DNA from: a bacterium
GTDB lineage: Bacteria > Krumholzibacteriota > Krumholzibacteriia > G020349025
Direction of reading: 5' to 3'
Length of the DNA: 64,000 nt
Assembly: GCA_031362565.1 (NCBI GenBank)
Contig: JANLSU010000081.1
Location: 1 to 64,000 of the forward strand
The notes under the pieces are model-generated. The model did not search any database, had not been told where the DNA came from, and was given only the letters and a program-made list of their open reading frames with translations. A program made the position numbers and the translations under genes. Below, one piece after another: positions 1 through 10,143 of this stretch (its first letter is position 1; every line of letters starts with the position of its first letter).

Positions 1-273
1 CTCCCGCAGCCGCTCCGCTAGCCCCAACAGGCCGACATTGTCACGGTTGAGGAACACACTACCGTCGGTTTCGACGCGCACGATGAGCTGTTTGTCCGAG
101 TATTCCTCGGGCAGCGGCTGATCGATCTTCTGCGGAATGTCCGATTGCAACGCCTTGGTCAGGATCGGCGTGATCACCATGAAGATGATGAGCAACACCA
201 AGAGCACGTCGATGAGCGGCGTGACGTTGATGCTCGACTGCGAGCGATTGAGACCGGCGGTTCCAAATGCCAT
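1..273 (-). CDS. exbD: ExbD/TolR family biopolymer transport protein (3' end runs off the window)
   Basis: Not in the ORF track; read manually from ATG 273: MAFGTAGLNRSQSSINVTPLIDVLLVLLIIFMVITP..., which carries the ExbD TM signature INVTPLIDV. Confidence 0.9.
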   Translation of the reverse strand, partial: MAFGTAGLNRSQSSINVTPLIDVLLVLLIIFMVITPILTKALQSDIPQKIDQPLPEEYSDKQLIVRVETDGSVFLNRDNVGLLGLAERLRE

Positions 274-274
274 A

Positions 275-715
275 TCAATGACTCCCCGCGGGCGGAGTCG
301 TATCGCGGATTTCCGACGCGATCAGCGACGCGCCGCGAAAACCAACTTCCTGGCCGGCCCGAATGATCCGCTTCACTTCCGAGTAACGGCTGTTGCGGTC
401 GGCTTTGACCTGCAATTGCAACCCGGGAGTCGTTTCGAGCCGCGAACGCAGGGCCCGCGTCAGGCTCTCGCGATCCACCGGGTCATCTTCCACGTAGAGT
501 TCGCCGCTCGCCTTGAGGACCACGAGCAGGGCCATTTCCTTGCTCTCGGGCACCGTGGCGACATTTTTGGCCTCTGGCAGATCGACGCCGACGCCCTTCT
601 GCAGCATCGGCGTCACGACCATGAAGATGATGAGCAGCACCAGCATCACGTCGACGAGCGGCGTGACGTTGATGTCGCTCTTCAGCTCTTGGTTGGATTG
701 TGAGTTGAAAGCCAT
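275..715 (-). CDS. exbD: ExbD/TolR family protein
   Basis: INVTPLVDVMLVLLIIFMV signature; KADRNSRY in the periplasmic domain. Confidence 0.93.
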   Translation of the reverse strand: MAFNSQSNQELKSDINVTPLVDVMLVLLIIFMVVTPMLQKGVGVDLPEAKNVATVPESKEMALLVVLKASGELYVEDDPVDRESLTRALRSRLETTPGLQLQVKADRNSRYSEVKRIIRAGQEVGFRGASLIASEIRDTTPPAGSH

Positions 716-1401
716 TGTTCTTTCCGCGTCCGTTTGATGAAGAAGTCGACGAGTTCGCTGCTGGCGTTTGCCATCTCGCTGTTCAACCGTTCCATGCGGC
801 CCAAGAAGTAATTGAAGCCCCAGACGGCCGGCAGGGCCACGAAGAGTCCGACCGCGGTATTCACCAGGGCCTCGGCGATGCCACCGGCGACCGTGCCGAT
901 GCCACCCGCACCGGCACTCGCCATCGCAAAGAAGGCGTTCATGATGCCGACCACGGTGCCGAACAGGCCGACGAAGGGCGCCGTGGCGCCAATCGATGCC
1001 AGCCCCGACAGGCCGCGCTTGAAGTCCTGGGTCACGAGCACCGCTTCGCGCTCCATGGCGCGCGTCAACGTGTCCTCGAAGCCGGCGGCCTCCATCTTTG
1101 CATCACGGTAATGGCTGAAGTCGGTGATCGCCGCCAGGTAGATGCGCGCGATGTGGCTCTTCGGATATTTCTTGGCCGCTTCCACGACGCCGTCCAGCCG
1201 GCCGGCATCGAGCGGCTCTTTGGCCACCATGACGAAGGCGAGAGAGAGATCGCGCGCTTTCTTGAACTGCAGATAGCGGTCGACCATCACCCCGATCGAA
1301 TAGATCGACATGAGCAGGAGAAAGAAGAGCACGCCGTGCCCTACGCCTCCCATCGAGTTCCAGATTTCGATCGGTCCGAAATTGCCGCCCTGCATCTGCA
1401 C
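682..1401 (-). CDS. exbB: MotA/TolQ/ExbB proton channel protein
   Basis: APFVGLFGTVVGIM and GGIAEALVNTAVGLFVALPA motifs. Confidence 0.93.
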   Translation of the reverse strand: MQMQGGNFGPIEIWNSMGGVGHGVLFFLLLMSIYSIGVMVDRYLQFKKARDLSLAFVMVAKEPLDAGRLDGVVEAAKKYPKSHIARIYLAAITDFSHYRDAKMEAAGFEDTLTRAMEREAVLVTQDFKRGLSGLASIGATAPFVGLFGTVVGIMNAFFAMASAGAGGIGTVAGGIAEALVNTAVGLFVALPAVWGFNYFLGRMERLNSEMANASSELVDFFIKRTRKEQWLSTHNPTKS

Positions 1402-1407
1402 CCTCCT

Positions 1408-2109
1408 TCAGCTCAGCCGGAAATTGACCGTCAGACTGTAGTACACGTCCACCGGTACACCTTTCAACGTCCCTGGCTTGAATCGCCACTGGCGCACGGC
1501 TTCCACCGCCGCCTGGCCGCAACCGAGCGGCAAATCGCGCAAGATCTTGATGTTCCCTACCGTACCGTCGCTGCGAATCACCGCTTCCAAGATCACGATG
1601 CCCTCGATGCGGGCGTGGCGCGCGACCGGCGGATACTCCGGCTTCGGCAAACGCTGCAGGATTTCCGGCGGCTCGACATCGCCGCCGACCCGCAGCGGTT
1701 CGCTGCTCTGCACGCCGCCCAGGACGCCGCCCGGTACTCCGCCTTCGACGCCGCCCTCGACGCCACTCTCGGACGCAGCGCTCGGTTCGGGCTCGGGTGC
1801 CGGCGTTGTCGGCACGACGTCGGGGGTTTTCTCGGGCTGCACGAGTTCCTTGGGCATCGGCGTCTGGGGCTTGACGACGGGTTTGGGAGCCGCGGGTTTA
1901 GGCGGCGCCGGTGCCGGGGGCGGGGGCGGTGGCGTGAAGCGTGCGAACATCACCTCGGAGTTCGGTTCCGGGATCGAGGGAATCGTGAAGAAATGCCGTA
2001 GCCACATCATGCCCAGAACCGCCACGTGCAGTGCGAGGGCAAATGCCACGATGCGCGGGCGCCAGAACGAACGCCGGTCGAGCCGCGTTTCGATCAGAGT
2101 TTCGAACAC
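1408..2109 (-). CDS. tonB: Energy transducer TonB
   Basis: GTG start after GAGG; N-terminal TM with His, Pro-rich linker, GGVxGG repeats, C-terminal YP..AR..IEG.V...WRFKPG domain. Confidence 0.9.
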   Translation of the reverse strand: MFETLIETRLDRRSFWRPRIVAFALALHVAVLGMMWLRHFFTIPSIPEPNSEVMFARFTPPPPPPAPAPPKPAAPKPVVKPQTPMPKELVQPEKTPDVVPTTPAPEPEPSAASESGVEGGVEGGVPGGVLGGVQSSEPLRVGGDVEPPEILQRLPKPEYPPVARHARIEGIVILEAVIRSDGTVGNIKILRDLPLGCGQAAVEAVRQWRFKPGTLKGVPVDVYYSLTVNFRLS

Positions 2110-2116
2110 GGCATCC

Positions 2117-3001
2117 TCACCTCGCTCCTGGGGTCGCGGGCGGCGTGCCGGGCGGCAGCGAATCGGCTGCTGCGCCGCGAACGACGTTGGCGCGATCGAA
2201 CCAGGTCTTCGCTTGCGCGAGGAATCCGGCGCGCTCGGCGTCGGTGGCGGCGTATTTCGCCTTTTCCCGGTACAGCAGATTGACGTAAACAAGCGCGTCG
2301 AAGTAGTCCGGGCGCAACTCGACAGCCTGTGCGAGCACCGCCAGGCCTTCGTCGAGAAGTGCCGTGCGCCCGAACGCATCCATCACCGGATTGCGATACG
2401 AACGCTGCCAGATGAAGGCGCCGAGCGCGTAGCGCGCTTCGGGCGACTTCGGCGCCGCCACCACATGCTTGCGGTGCCACTCGAGCGCCGCGTCCAGGTT
2501 GCCGCGCTCGGCCTCGATCGTCGCCAACATTTGCAAGGTGGCGGCATCGTTGGGGGCCTGCGCCAACTTGGCGGTGAGAAACGTGACGGCGTCATGCGTT
2601 TGCTGCGTATCGATGTACAACGTCACGATCTGCTGTTCGATGCGGGCCCGGCTCGGGCCTTTGCCGCCGTCCGCCGGTGCCGGAGCCGGAGTTGCGCCGA
2701 GAAAGGCCTGAAACGAGCGCACTGCTTCGTCGGCGAACCGCCGGCGTTCGTGCGGATCGATGGCGGTTCGGAGCATCGACACGTAACTATAGGCACGGTT
2801 CAGGTGCGCCATCGTCAGGCCGGGAACGAGCTGTAATGCTGCGTCGTAGTGGCCGATCGCTTGCAGATAGTCGTGCTTCAAGTAGCTGAGATTGCCGTTC
2901 TTGAGTTCGAGGCGGGCCTGTACGCGGTGCACCGGATTGCAACTGGTCGCAGGTCCCAGCAGCGCTGCGAGGGCCAGTGCTTGGACCGCGCGCCACAGCA
3001 T
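2117..3001 (-). CDS. TPR-repeat protein, probably exported or a lipoprotein
   Basis: Hydrophobic N-terminus ending in ATSC, then TPR-like helices; start at ATG 3001 is an estimate. Confidence 0.75.
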   Translation of the reverse strand: MLWRAVQALALAALLGPATSCNPVHRVQARLELKNGNLSYLKHDYLQAIGHYDAALQLVPGLTMAHLNRAYSYVSMLRTAIDPHERRRFADEAVRSFQAFLGATPAPAPADGGKGPSRARIEQQIVTLYIDTQQTHDAVTFLTAKLAQAPNDAATLQMLATIEAERGNLDAALEWHRKHVVAAPKSPEARYALGAFIWQRSYRNPVMDAFGRTALLDEGLAVLAQAVELRPDYFDALVYVNLLYREKAKYAATDAERAGFLAQAKTWFDRANVVRGAAADSLPPGTPPATPGAR

Positions 3002-3056
3002 CGACCGTTGGCTCCGGTCCGGTTGCCGTGTTACCGTCGCGCGTGGAGGCACGCTC

Positions 3057-4031
3057 ATGTCCCCTCGACCCATTCTCATTGCGCTCGTCGCGGCGCTCGT
3101 CTCAGTCTCGGCCTCGGTGCCGATTCGGGCGCAGCTCGTGGAAGACTACCGGTTCCAGGGCCAGGTCGTGGATCCGCATGGCACGGCGCTCGCCGGTGTG
3201 CAGATCGCACTGACCAACACCGAGAACGGCGCCCGAATCGTCTTCACGACCGGGCCGGACGGGATGTTCGACCAGCGTTTCATCCCGCACGCCGTCTACG
3301 ACGTCACGGTTCAGAAGGCAGGCTTCGTGGCGCATACCGACCACTTCGACTGGTCGGTCTCGGCACCGGACCCCATCGTCAAACAGTCCAAAATCGTGCT
3401 GGAAAACGCCGCCGAGCGGGCTCGCAAGGAACTCGGTGCCAAGGCATCGAAGCTCTATGAAAGCGCCTATGGCGCTCTGGCGGCCGGCGACTGTGCCAAA
3501 GCCCGCCAGGCCGCGAACGAACTGCTCGCCCTCGGTGCCGGAAGCTACGAATATGCGGTGCGGTTCGTGCTGGCGCGCTGCTTGGCGATGACCGATTCGC
3601 TGGCCGCGGCCACCGACGAGTACCGGCATGTCATCGCTCTTCACCCGGATCTGTTCGAAGCGCATTTCGACCTCGCGGGAGTTCTCGAACGGCGCGGCGA
3701 TCACGACGCCGCCCTCCAGGCCTTCGCCGCCACGGCGCGCCTCAGGCCCGAGGATGCCGAAGTCGAATACAACATGGGGGCGGTGCTCTTCCAAGGCAAG
3801 AAATTCGACGCCGCCCGGCCGCACCTCGAACGCACCCTGCAACTCGCACCAGACCATGCCCAGGCCCTCAAGGCACTCGGCTATGTGCATCTGCAGTCCG
3901 AAAAGAAGGATTTGAAGGCAGCGAGCCGGCTGCTCCGCCGCTACCTGGAAGTCGCCCCGGCGGCCCCCGACGCCGCCCAAGTGCGCGAACTCGTCGCGGC
4001 GCTCGACAAGACCAACTCACCCGGCAAGTGA
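3057..4031 (+). CDS. Exported protein with carboxypeptidase-regulatory-like Ig domain and TPR repeats
   Basis: GGAGG-ATG; signal peptide; GQVVDPHG..LAGVQI..TTGPDGMF..YDVTVQKAGF; C-terminal TPRs. Confidence 0.8.
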   Translation: MSPRPILIALVAALVSVSASVPIRAQLVEDYRFQGQVVDPHGTALAGVQIALTNTENGARIVFTTGPDGMFDQRFIPHAVYDVTVQKAGFVAHTDHFDWSVSAPDPIVKQSKIVLENAAERARKELGAKASKLYESAYGALAAGDCAKARQAANELLALGAGSYEYAVRFVLARCLAMTDSLAAATDEYRHVIALHPDLFEAHFDLAGVLERRGDHDAALQAFAATARLRPEDAEVEYNMGAVLFQGKKFDAARPHLERTLQLAPDHAQALKALGYVHLQSEKKDLKAASRLLRRYLEVAPAAPDAAQVRELVAALDKTNSPGK

Positions 4032-4032
4032 C

Positions 4033-4067
4033 AACCGAGGGAGCGGCCCGTGCCGCCCCCTCGGTTT
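4033..4067. terminator. GC-rich hairpin between convergent genes (probable terminator)
   Basis: AACCGAGGGAGCGGC-CCGT-GCCGCCCCCTCGGTT. Confidence 0.6.
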
Positions 4068-4071
4068 GACC

Positions 4072-6948
4072 TCAGTGCACCAGGCGCGCCGCGAGGCGTA
4101 CCGCAAACGGTGACTGGTAGGCCGTAGCGTGTCCGAAGTCCTCGTTCTGGCAGGTCGGGCAGGGCGCCACGGTGAGCGATGGATCCGGATTGACGATGCC
4201 GTTCAACTCGAAGTTCTGATCCACCTCGAGGGCCTTTTGGTGGTTGAGTAAATTGAACACGTCGAGAACCACGAGCACCGTGGATTGGCTCGCTACCCGC
4301 AACGGGTAGTCGAGGTGGATGCCAATGTCCCCGGTCGCCGGGGTACGGCCACTCGCTCCGCGCCGCTCGAGGGCGATCTCACCCGCCGTCTCATACGCCT
4401 TGTTGTATCCGAGCCGCGTAATCGGCGTGCCGCTCTGGACCGTGAGGCTCATACCGACGTTGAGATCGAACGGCAAACGATACGAACCGAAGGTGTTGAA
4501 AACATGCGTGCGGTCGTTGGGCAGCAGCCCGTCCTCGATCATGTGCCTGAAGATGCGCTCGTCCTTCAGATACGGGAAGTCGAACAGTGACGTGATGAAG
4601 GGATCGCTCTGCCCATTGTCCCGCCGGTAATACCCCTCGTAGTTGCCTTTCAGGCGCGACCAGGTGTAGGACGACAAGATCTGCCACCGGTCGCTGAAGT
4701 GTTTCGAAGCCTTGAGCGTCACGGCGTTATACTTGCGCGACGGCTTGGGGAAGCCCAGTGCTTCCGAAGGATTCGTGATGTAGTAGTTGCCAAAATCGCC
4801 GCTGTCCACCGCAGCAGAGTACGGCGACAATGCCACGTCCTCGAGTGTCCGCCCGAGCGTCCGGTGCATGTAGGTCACGCCGACATTGAGCGACGGCATG
4901 ACTTCACGCTCGAGGTTCGCGACATACTCGTCCTGGAATGTCAGCTTCGAGTTCGGATCGATGACCGTCGCCTGGTCCCCGAACGAGATCGCGCTGGATT
5001 GCGGCCCGGTGATCACCGGGTTGCTGGGATCCGAGAGATTGACGCTCGTCAACGGGTAGTCGATGGAGTACGTGACCTCGCTCGACATCGCCCGCACCGC
5101 CAAATCGTTCGGGACCTTGCCGAAGAAGCGGCCGTACGACAGTGACGCCTTACTCTTGCCGTCGCGGGTCGGATCTGCGGTAACGTGAACGCGCGGCGCC
5201 CAGTTGTCGCGCCAGCGGAAGCTGTTCAAGTTGCCGAACAGCGTCTCCTGCTCCCAACGCAATCCCGCCATCAGCTTGAGCCATTTGGTTGGACTCCACG
5301 TGTCGGAGAAAAATCCCGACACGTAGTCGGCGTGCGTCTTGGAGGCAAGCGAGCCGCTCCGGATCCGGCTGATGGTGAACAATCCTGGCGTCACCTGCCA
5401 GATATAGCCGGTGGAAGCGACGATGGAGTTGCCGTCCTCGTCCTGAAAAGGGAGCCCGGGCGGTCCGGAGTAGTTGGCTGCGTGGTCGTAGCGAATGTCT
5501 TGGTACTCGACGCCATAGCGCAAACTGTGCTCGCCCTTGGCATGGATGAAGCTGTTGAGTTTGAGCTGGTAGCTATAGCGCTCGGAGGTCGCGTCTTCGA
5601 AGAAACCTACGCCGCCCACCTGAACGGGCGCCAGCCCCACGGTCGACGAATCGATCACACCCGAGTGCAGGTTGTGTTCGGGCGTTTCGCTGAAGCGGTC
5701 GCGATGATACGAAACCGAACCTTCCACGAAAAGATTCTTGGTGATTTCGCCGTTCCAGCGCGCGATGGCGTTGTGGCCGCCGTAATCGATCGACGAGAAC
5801 TTGAGACTGGCGTCTTGGGTGGCAACCGCTTCAGCGCGCTGTGCTCCACTGGCACCACTGGCCGGATCGCCGAACGACGAGAAGCTCACCGTGTGCTTCG
5901 GATTGAGAAACCACTTCACGTTCGCGGCATAGTTGTAGGTGCTGCGATCGGCTTCCAGCTCGTGGTGAAAACCCTGCGCGTCGGTGATGGCCTTCGCCGT
6001 CTGGCGAGTGCGGGTCGTGAAGGTGGGGTCGAACGCCGCATACCAGAAGGCCTTGTTCTTGACGATCGGGCCGCCGACATCGACGCCGAAATCATAGCTC
6101 TGGAAGCTCACGGGGTCGGAGCTCGCGTTGATGCGATCGGTGCGGACGCGCGTCGCCTCGAGCCCGGAGCTTTGGAGATACGAGAACGCGCTGCCCTTGA
6201 CCTCGTTGCCACCCGACTTGGTGACCAAGTTGACGAAGCCGCCGAGCGCTTCACCAAACTCCGGCTCATAACCGCCGGTCTTCACCTGCACTTCTTGAAT
6301 GTAGTCGAAGTTCACCCCGGTCCCCAGGGAGCCGAAAGTGATCGAGTACGAACCGGCGCTGCCATACCCGGCGTTGCCGATATTGACGCCGTCCACCACA
6401 TAGGTGTTCTCGAGGCCGCTCGCGCCACCGATGGACGGGTTGGAGGCATCGATGCCGCTCGCGACGACGCCAGGCGCGAGCGCAATCGCGCTCGCAAAGG
6501 TGCGGCCGATTGGCACGCTGCTCATGAGCTCGGACGAAATCGTCGCCCCCGTGGTGGCCGTCGAGAGATCGACGACCGGCGCCGCCCCCACGACCTCGAT
6601 CTGCTCGGAGAGGCCGGTCGAGAGAATGATCTCCAAATTGACCCGGGCGGCGAGGCTGACCGTGAGATTCTGGCGTTCGACCGTATTGAAGCCCTCGAGC
6701 ATCGCTTTCAGGCTATAGGCACCGGCGGTCAGGTAGGAAAACCGGAACTTGCCGTCTTGATCGGTCGTCGCGGTCTTGGTGCCTTGAACCGAGCTGATCG
6801 TGACCGTGACACCTGGCAGCGGTCCACCCTGCGGGTCCTTCGCCGTGCCCTCGATGGTGCCGGTCGTGACTTCCTGCGCCCACGCCAGACCAGCCGCGAT
6901 ACAAAGGACCAACGCGACTGTCGCGATCGAACCAAGACGTCGCCTCAT
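4072..6948 (-). CDS. TonB-dependent receptor, Oar-like, with N-terminal carboxypeptidase-regulatory domain
   Basis: Signal peptide; plug motifs ENTYVVDGVN and IQEVQVKTGGYEPEFG...TKSG; beta-barrel features, DVFNLLN. Confidence 0.9.
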   Translation of the reverse strand: MRRRLGSIATVALVLCIAAGLAWAQEVTTGTIEGTAKDPQGGPLPGVTVTISSVQGTKTATTDQDGKFRFSYLTAGAYSLKAMLEGFNTVERQNLTVSLAARVNLEIILSTGLSEQIEVVGAAPVVDLSTATTGATISSELMSSVPIGRTFASAIALAPGVVASGIDASNPSIGGASGLENTYVVDGVNIGNAGYGSAGSYSITFGSLGTGVNFDYIQEVQVKTGGYEPEFGEALGGFVNLVTKSGGNEVKGSAFSYLQSSGLEATRVRTDRINASSDPVSFQSYDFGVDVGGPIVKNKAFWYAAFDPTFTTRTRQTAKAITDAQGFHHELEADRSTYNYAANVKWFLNPKHTVSFSSFGDPASGASGAQRAEAVATQDASLKFSSIDYGGHNAIARWNGEITKNLFVEGSVSYHRDRFSETPEHNLHSGVIDSSTVGLAPVQVGGVGFFEDATSERYSYQLKLNSFIHAKGEHSLRYGVEYQDIRYDHAANYSGPPGLPFQDEDGNSIVASTGYIWQVTPGLFTISRIRSGSLASKTHADYVSGFFSDTWSPTKWLKLMAGLRWEQETLFGNLNSFRWRDNWAPRVHVTADPTRDGKSKASLSYGRFFGKVPNDLAVRAMSSEVTYSIDYPLTSVNLSDPSNPVITGPQSSAISFGDQATVIDPNSKLTFQDEYVANLEREVMPSLNVGVTYMHRTLGRTLEDVALSPYSAAVDSGDFGNYYITNPSEALGFPKPSRKYNAVTLKASKHFSDRWQILSSYTWSRLKGNYEGYYRRDNGQSDPFITSLFDFPYLKDERIFRHMIEDGLLPNDRTHVFNTFGSYRLPFDLNVGMSLTVQSGTPITRLGYNKAYETAGEIALERRGASGRTPATGDIGIHLDYPLRVASQSTVLVVLDVFNLLNHQKALEVDQNFELNGIVNPDPSLTVAPCPTCQNEDFGHATAYQSPFAVRLAARLVH

Positions 6949-7098
6949 TGCCCAAGCCTCCGGGGTTGCTGGGAGCACGAGCCGAGTGCGAGACGAGATC
7001 TGCCTCCCAAGCGGATCGACCGCCCATCCTCCATGGGGCCAAAGAGGCTCCATTGATGGCGCGCTGCACTCTCGGAAGAAAAAGGACTCGCTGGGCGG

Positions 7099-7127
7099 AC
7101 GTTATTTCAACGCCAGACGACTGTCAA
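7099..7127 (-). promoter_or_regulatory. Putative sigma70 promoter of the TBDR gene
   Basis: Minus strand TTGACA-N17-TAACGT. Confidence 0.45.
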
Positions 7128-7248
7128 CGCGCCAATTGATGAATCGGGCCGAAAACACCGCCCGCCTGGGCTGCGCCGCGCGGCGACCAGCCCGCCGACC
7201 GGCCGCGATGCCTTGCGATGCGCTCGCTGCGGCGCCACAATGCGCCGC

Positions 7249-8928
7249 ATGAACACTCCGGCGCGGCAGCGTTTCGTTTGGGGCCTGTACGCAATCCCAC
7301 TGGTTGCGGGCCTGGTCACGACCATTCGCGGCGCCTGGGTCTGCGACGACGCATTCATCTCGTTTCGCTACGTGCAACAACTCCTGCGCGGCAACGGGCT
7401 CGTCTACAATCCGGGGGAGCGCGTCGAGGGCTACACGCACTTTCTCTGGGTCCTGATACTGGCGGCGGGGCACCGGCTCGGCGCCGACCTGGTCTGGCTC
7501 GGGCGCTACCTGCCGATCGCGTTCCAGGCCGCGCTCGTGGCGATTCTCTTCTGGCGGGTGGCAAAGCGCGGCCGGTCGCCCTGGGACGCGCTGCCGTTCG
7601 CGGCGTGGTGTGTGGCGCTGCATCCGGACATGCAAACCTTCGCGAGCGGCGGGCTCGAAACGGCACCCTTCACGCTGGCGCTGACGCTCTCCGCACTCGC
7701 CGCCGCGGCACCCGTCGTCCGGCCCCAACTCGTGGGAACGTTGGTCGCGATCGCGTCTCTCCTGCGGCCCGAAGGCATCCTGTACACCGCCGCAACGCTT
7801 TGGTACCTCCTGTGGCGGCGATCGGGATGGGACACCGTCAAACGCGTTGCCGGTGTTTGGGCGCTGCTCGTCGTACCGCTCTTTCTCTGGCGGCTCTTCT
7901 ACTATCACGATTGGCTTCCGAACACGTTCTACGCCAAGTCGGCGGCGATCGCCTATTGGCGCCAGGGTTGGCGTTACGTGAGCCTCTACTTCGAGGTCTA
8001 TCCAATCCTGCTCCTCGCCTGGATCGCGACGACGGTGGTCGCGATCCGGCGCGAACGGCGGGGCGAGCGCGGCGGCTTGGTGTTCTTGTGCGCGCTCTAC
8101 TCCAGCATCACACTCCTTTATGTGCTGCACTTGGGCGGCGACTTCATGTTCGCGCGCTTTCTGCTGCCGGTGACGCCACTTCTCTATGTGGGGCTCGAAG
8201 AGGCGCTCTGCAACCAACGCCGATTGGTGCGGGTCGCGACCGGGCTCGCGGCCGTGGTGCTGACGGTCGGGGCGCGGTTGCCACACGAGGCCATCTTCCA
8301 CGGCACGGCGCTCGTCGACGGTATCGTCAACGAACGCGCCTGCTATCCGGACTCCATGATGCGGGCGCGCCGCGACCAAGGAGTGCGCATCGGTGCCATG
8401 GTGCGGGGAATCGACGCGCGCTACGCGATCCCGGGCGGCCAAGCCAGCCTGGCCTACTTCGCGGATTTTCCATATGTCGTCGAGCGCAACGGTCTCACCG
8501 ACCGTGAGATCGCCCATCGCCCCATCACTCATCGCGGCCGGCCGGGCCACGAAAAGTTCGTCTGGGAACCGGATCTCAGGAATCGCCGCGTTGATTTCTT
8601 GTTTCGCGTCCGGGGGGATTCTTTGCCGGGTGCGATCAATCAAATTTGGTTCGGCGACATGGTGGCGGTCGTGATGGGCTATGATCCAGTTATCATGGAT
8701 GCGCTCCGCGGCCGTCCGGGGGTCCGTTTCATCGACTTCCCGGCGTATTTCGACGGCGCGTTGGAACGCATCCATGAGGTGCCGCTCGAAAGTCTGCCGG
8801 CCACGTGGACTTTCTTCCAGAACTACTATTTCAGCCATACGGATGATCCTGAACGGCTGGCGCGCGGGCGCGCCGCCTTCGCGTCGCTGGGTGTCGACAC
8901 GAACGCCGCACCGGGGGATGCACCGTGA
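7249..8928 (+). CDS. Polytopic membrane glycosyltransferase-like protein (GT-C fold)
   Basis: DDAFISFRY..NGLVYNPGERVEGYT, GLET, RPEG and PNTFYAK motifs; many TM helices; start uncertain (7240 or 7249). Confidence 0.7.
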   Translation: MNTPARQRFVWGLYAIPLVAGLVTTIRGAWVCDDAFISFRYVQQLLRGNGLVYNPGERVEGYTHFLWVLILAAGHRLGADLVWLGRYLPIAFQAALVAILFWRVAKRGRSPWDALPFAAWCVALHPDMQTFASGGLETAPFTLALTLSALAAAAPVVRPQLVGTLVAIASLLRPEGILYTAATLWYLLWRRSGWDTVKRVAGVWALLVVPLFLWRLFYYHDWLPNTFYAKSAAIAYWRQGWRYVSLYFEVYPILLLAWIATTVVAIRRERRGERGGLVFLCALYSSITLLYVLHLGGDFMFARFLLPVTPLLYVGLEEALCNQRRLVRVATGLAAVVLTVGARLPHEAIFHGTALVDGIVNERACYPDSMMRARRDQGVRIGAMVRGIDARYAIPGGQASLAYFADFPYVVERNGLTDREIAHRPITHRGRPGHEKFVWEPDLRNRRVDFLFRVRGDSLPGAINQIWFGDMVAVVMGYDPVIMDALRGRPGVRFIDFPAYFDGALERIHEVPLESLPATWTFFQNYYFSHTDDPERLARGRAAFASLGVDTNAAPGDAP

Positions 8929-10127
8929 GCGCCCCGACTCGCAATCTCATCGTCGAACTCGGACGCGCCTTGCACCAGTACGGCGCCTCCACGGCCCGCG
9001 TCGAAGCGGCGATGACGCAACTCGCGAACCGGCTCGTTGTCGAGGCCCAGTTCTTCGTGCAGCCGACGGCGCTGTTTGCTTCCTTCGGCAAGAGCGGCGC
9101 CGAAACCTACTTGCAACGCCTCTATCCCGCCGTGACCGACCTTTCGACCCTGACGCAACTCGACGCGCTGCTCGCGGCGCTCTTGCGCGGCCACCTCGAT
9201 GCGACGAGCGGCGCCGCCGAACTGGCGGCGATTCTGCGCGCCCGGCCGCGGCGCCAGCGCACCGTGGTGCTGTTGGGCGGCCACACGCTCGCCGCGGCGG
9301 CGGCGGCGCGTTTCGTGGGCGGCGGCGGGCTCGAGATTGCCGCCGCGTCGGTGATCGGGTTGGTCGTGGGCGGCATCGCCTGGCTCGCGGAACGCCGGCC
9401 GGCATTCGCGCGCGTGCAACTGCCGTTCTCGTCCATCGTCGCATCGTTTCTCGCCGTTGCGGCCACGGCCCTCTGCGGACCCTTGAACCCGCAGATCGCG
9501 ATGCTCGCCGGACTCATCGTGCTCTTGCCGGGGCTCACGCTGACAATCGCGCTCAACGAATTGGCGACGAATCATCTGGCCTCCGGTACGGCCCGCGCCG
9601 CCGGCGCTCTGGTGGTGTTCGTCGCGATGGCGTTCGGGGTCGCACTCGGCGCGCGGCTCGCACACTTCACCTTCGGCGCGGTGGTGATCGCCGAGCCACA
9701 CCCACTTGCACCGTGGACATTGGCGTTGTCGCTCGTGGTCGCACCCCTTGCCATGGCAGTGCTCTTTCGCGCCCCACGCAGCGAGGTCCCGTTGGTCATC
9801 TTGGGCGGCGCCGCGGCATTCGCGGGCGGCGCCTTCGGCAGCCGGGCGCTCGGGCCTGAACTGGGAGTCTTCGTGGGTGGATTCACGGCCGGGGTGTGCG
9901 CCAACGGCTATGCACGCTGGCGCAACAAGCCGTCGGCGATCGTCTATCTGCCGGCGTTGCTCATGCTGGTGCCGGGCAGCATCGGCTTTCGGAGCGTTAC
10001 CGCGCTGCTGGCCGACCAGGTGACTTCCGGCATTCAGACGGCGTTTTCGACCCTGCTGATGGCGGTCGCACTCGGCACCGGCATGCTGGTCGCCGGTGTC
10101 GCCGTCCCGCCGCGCCGCGTTCTTTGA
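8925..10127 (+). CDS. Threonine/serine exporter (ThrE family)
   Basis: GASTARVE N-terminal motif; LLPGL..AL.EL and LVPG motifs; about 10 TM. Confidence 0.85.
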   Translation: MSAPTRNLIVELGRALHQYGASTARVEAAMTQLANRLVVEAQFFVQPTALFASFGKSGAETYLQRLYPAVTDLSTLTQLDALLAALLRGHLDATSGAAELAAILRARPRRQRTVVLLGGHTLAAAAAARFVGGGGLEIAAASVIGLVVGGIAWLAERRPAFARVQLPFSSIVASFLAVAATALCGPLNPQIAMLAGLIVLLPGLTLTIALNELATNHLASGTARAAGALVVFVAMAFGVALGARLAHFTFGAVVIAEPHPLAPWTLALSLVVAPLAMAVLFRAPRSEVPLVILGGAAAFAGGAFGSRALGPELGVFVGGFTAGVCANGYARWRNKPSAIVYLPALLMLVPGSIGFRSVTALLADQVTSGIQTAFSTLLMAVALGTGMLVAGVAVPPRRVL

Positions 10128-10143
10128 ATGAAGGAGGTTGGTT

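Noticed and set aside
1..715. Similar DNA segments at about 150-240 and 600-680
   Set aside because: Conserved TM-coding regions of two tandem exbD paralogs
5185..8838. Long antisense ORFs opposite the TBDR and glycosyltransferase (and similar ones throughout the window)
   Set aside because: Shadow ORFs expected in high-GC DNA; the opposite strand carries clear family motifs
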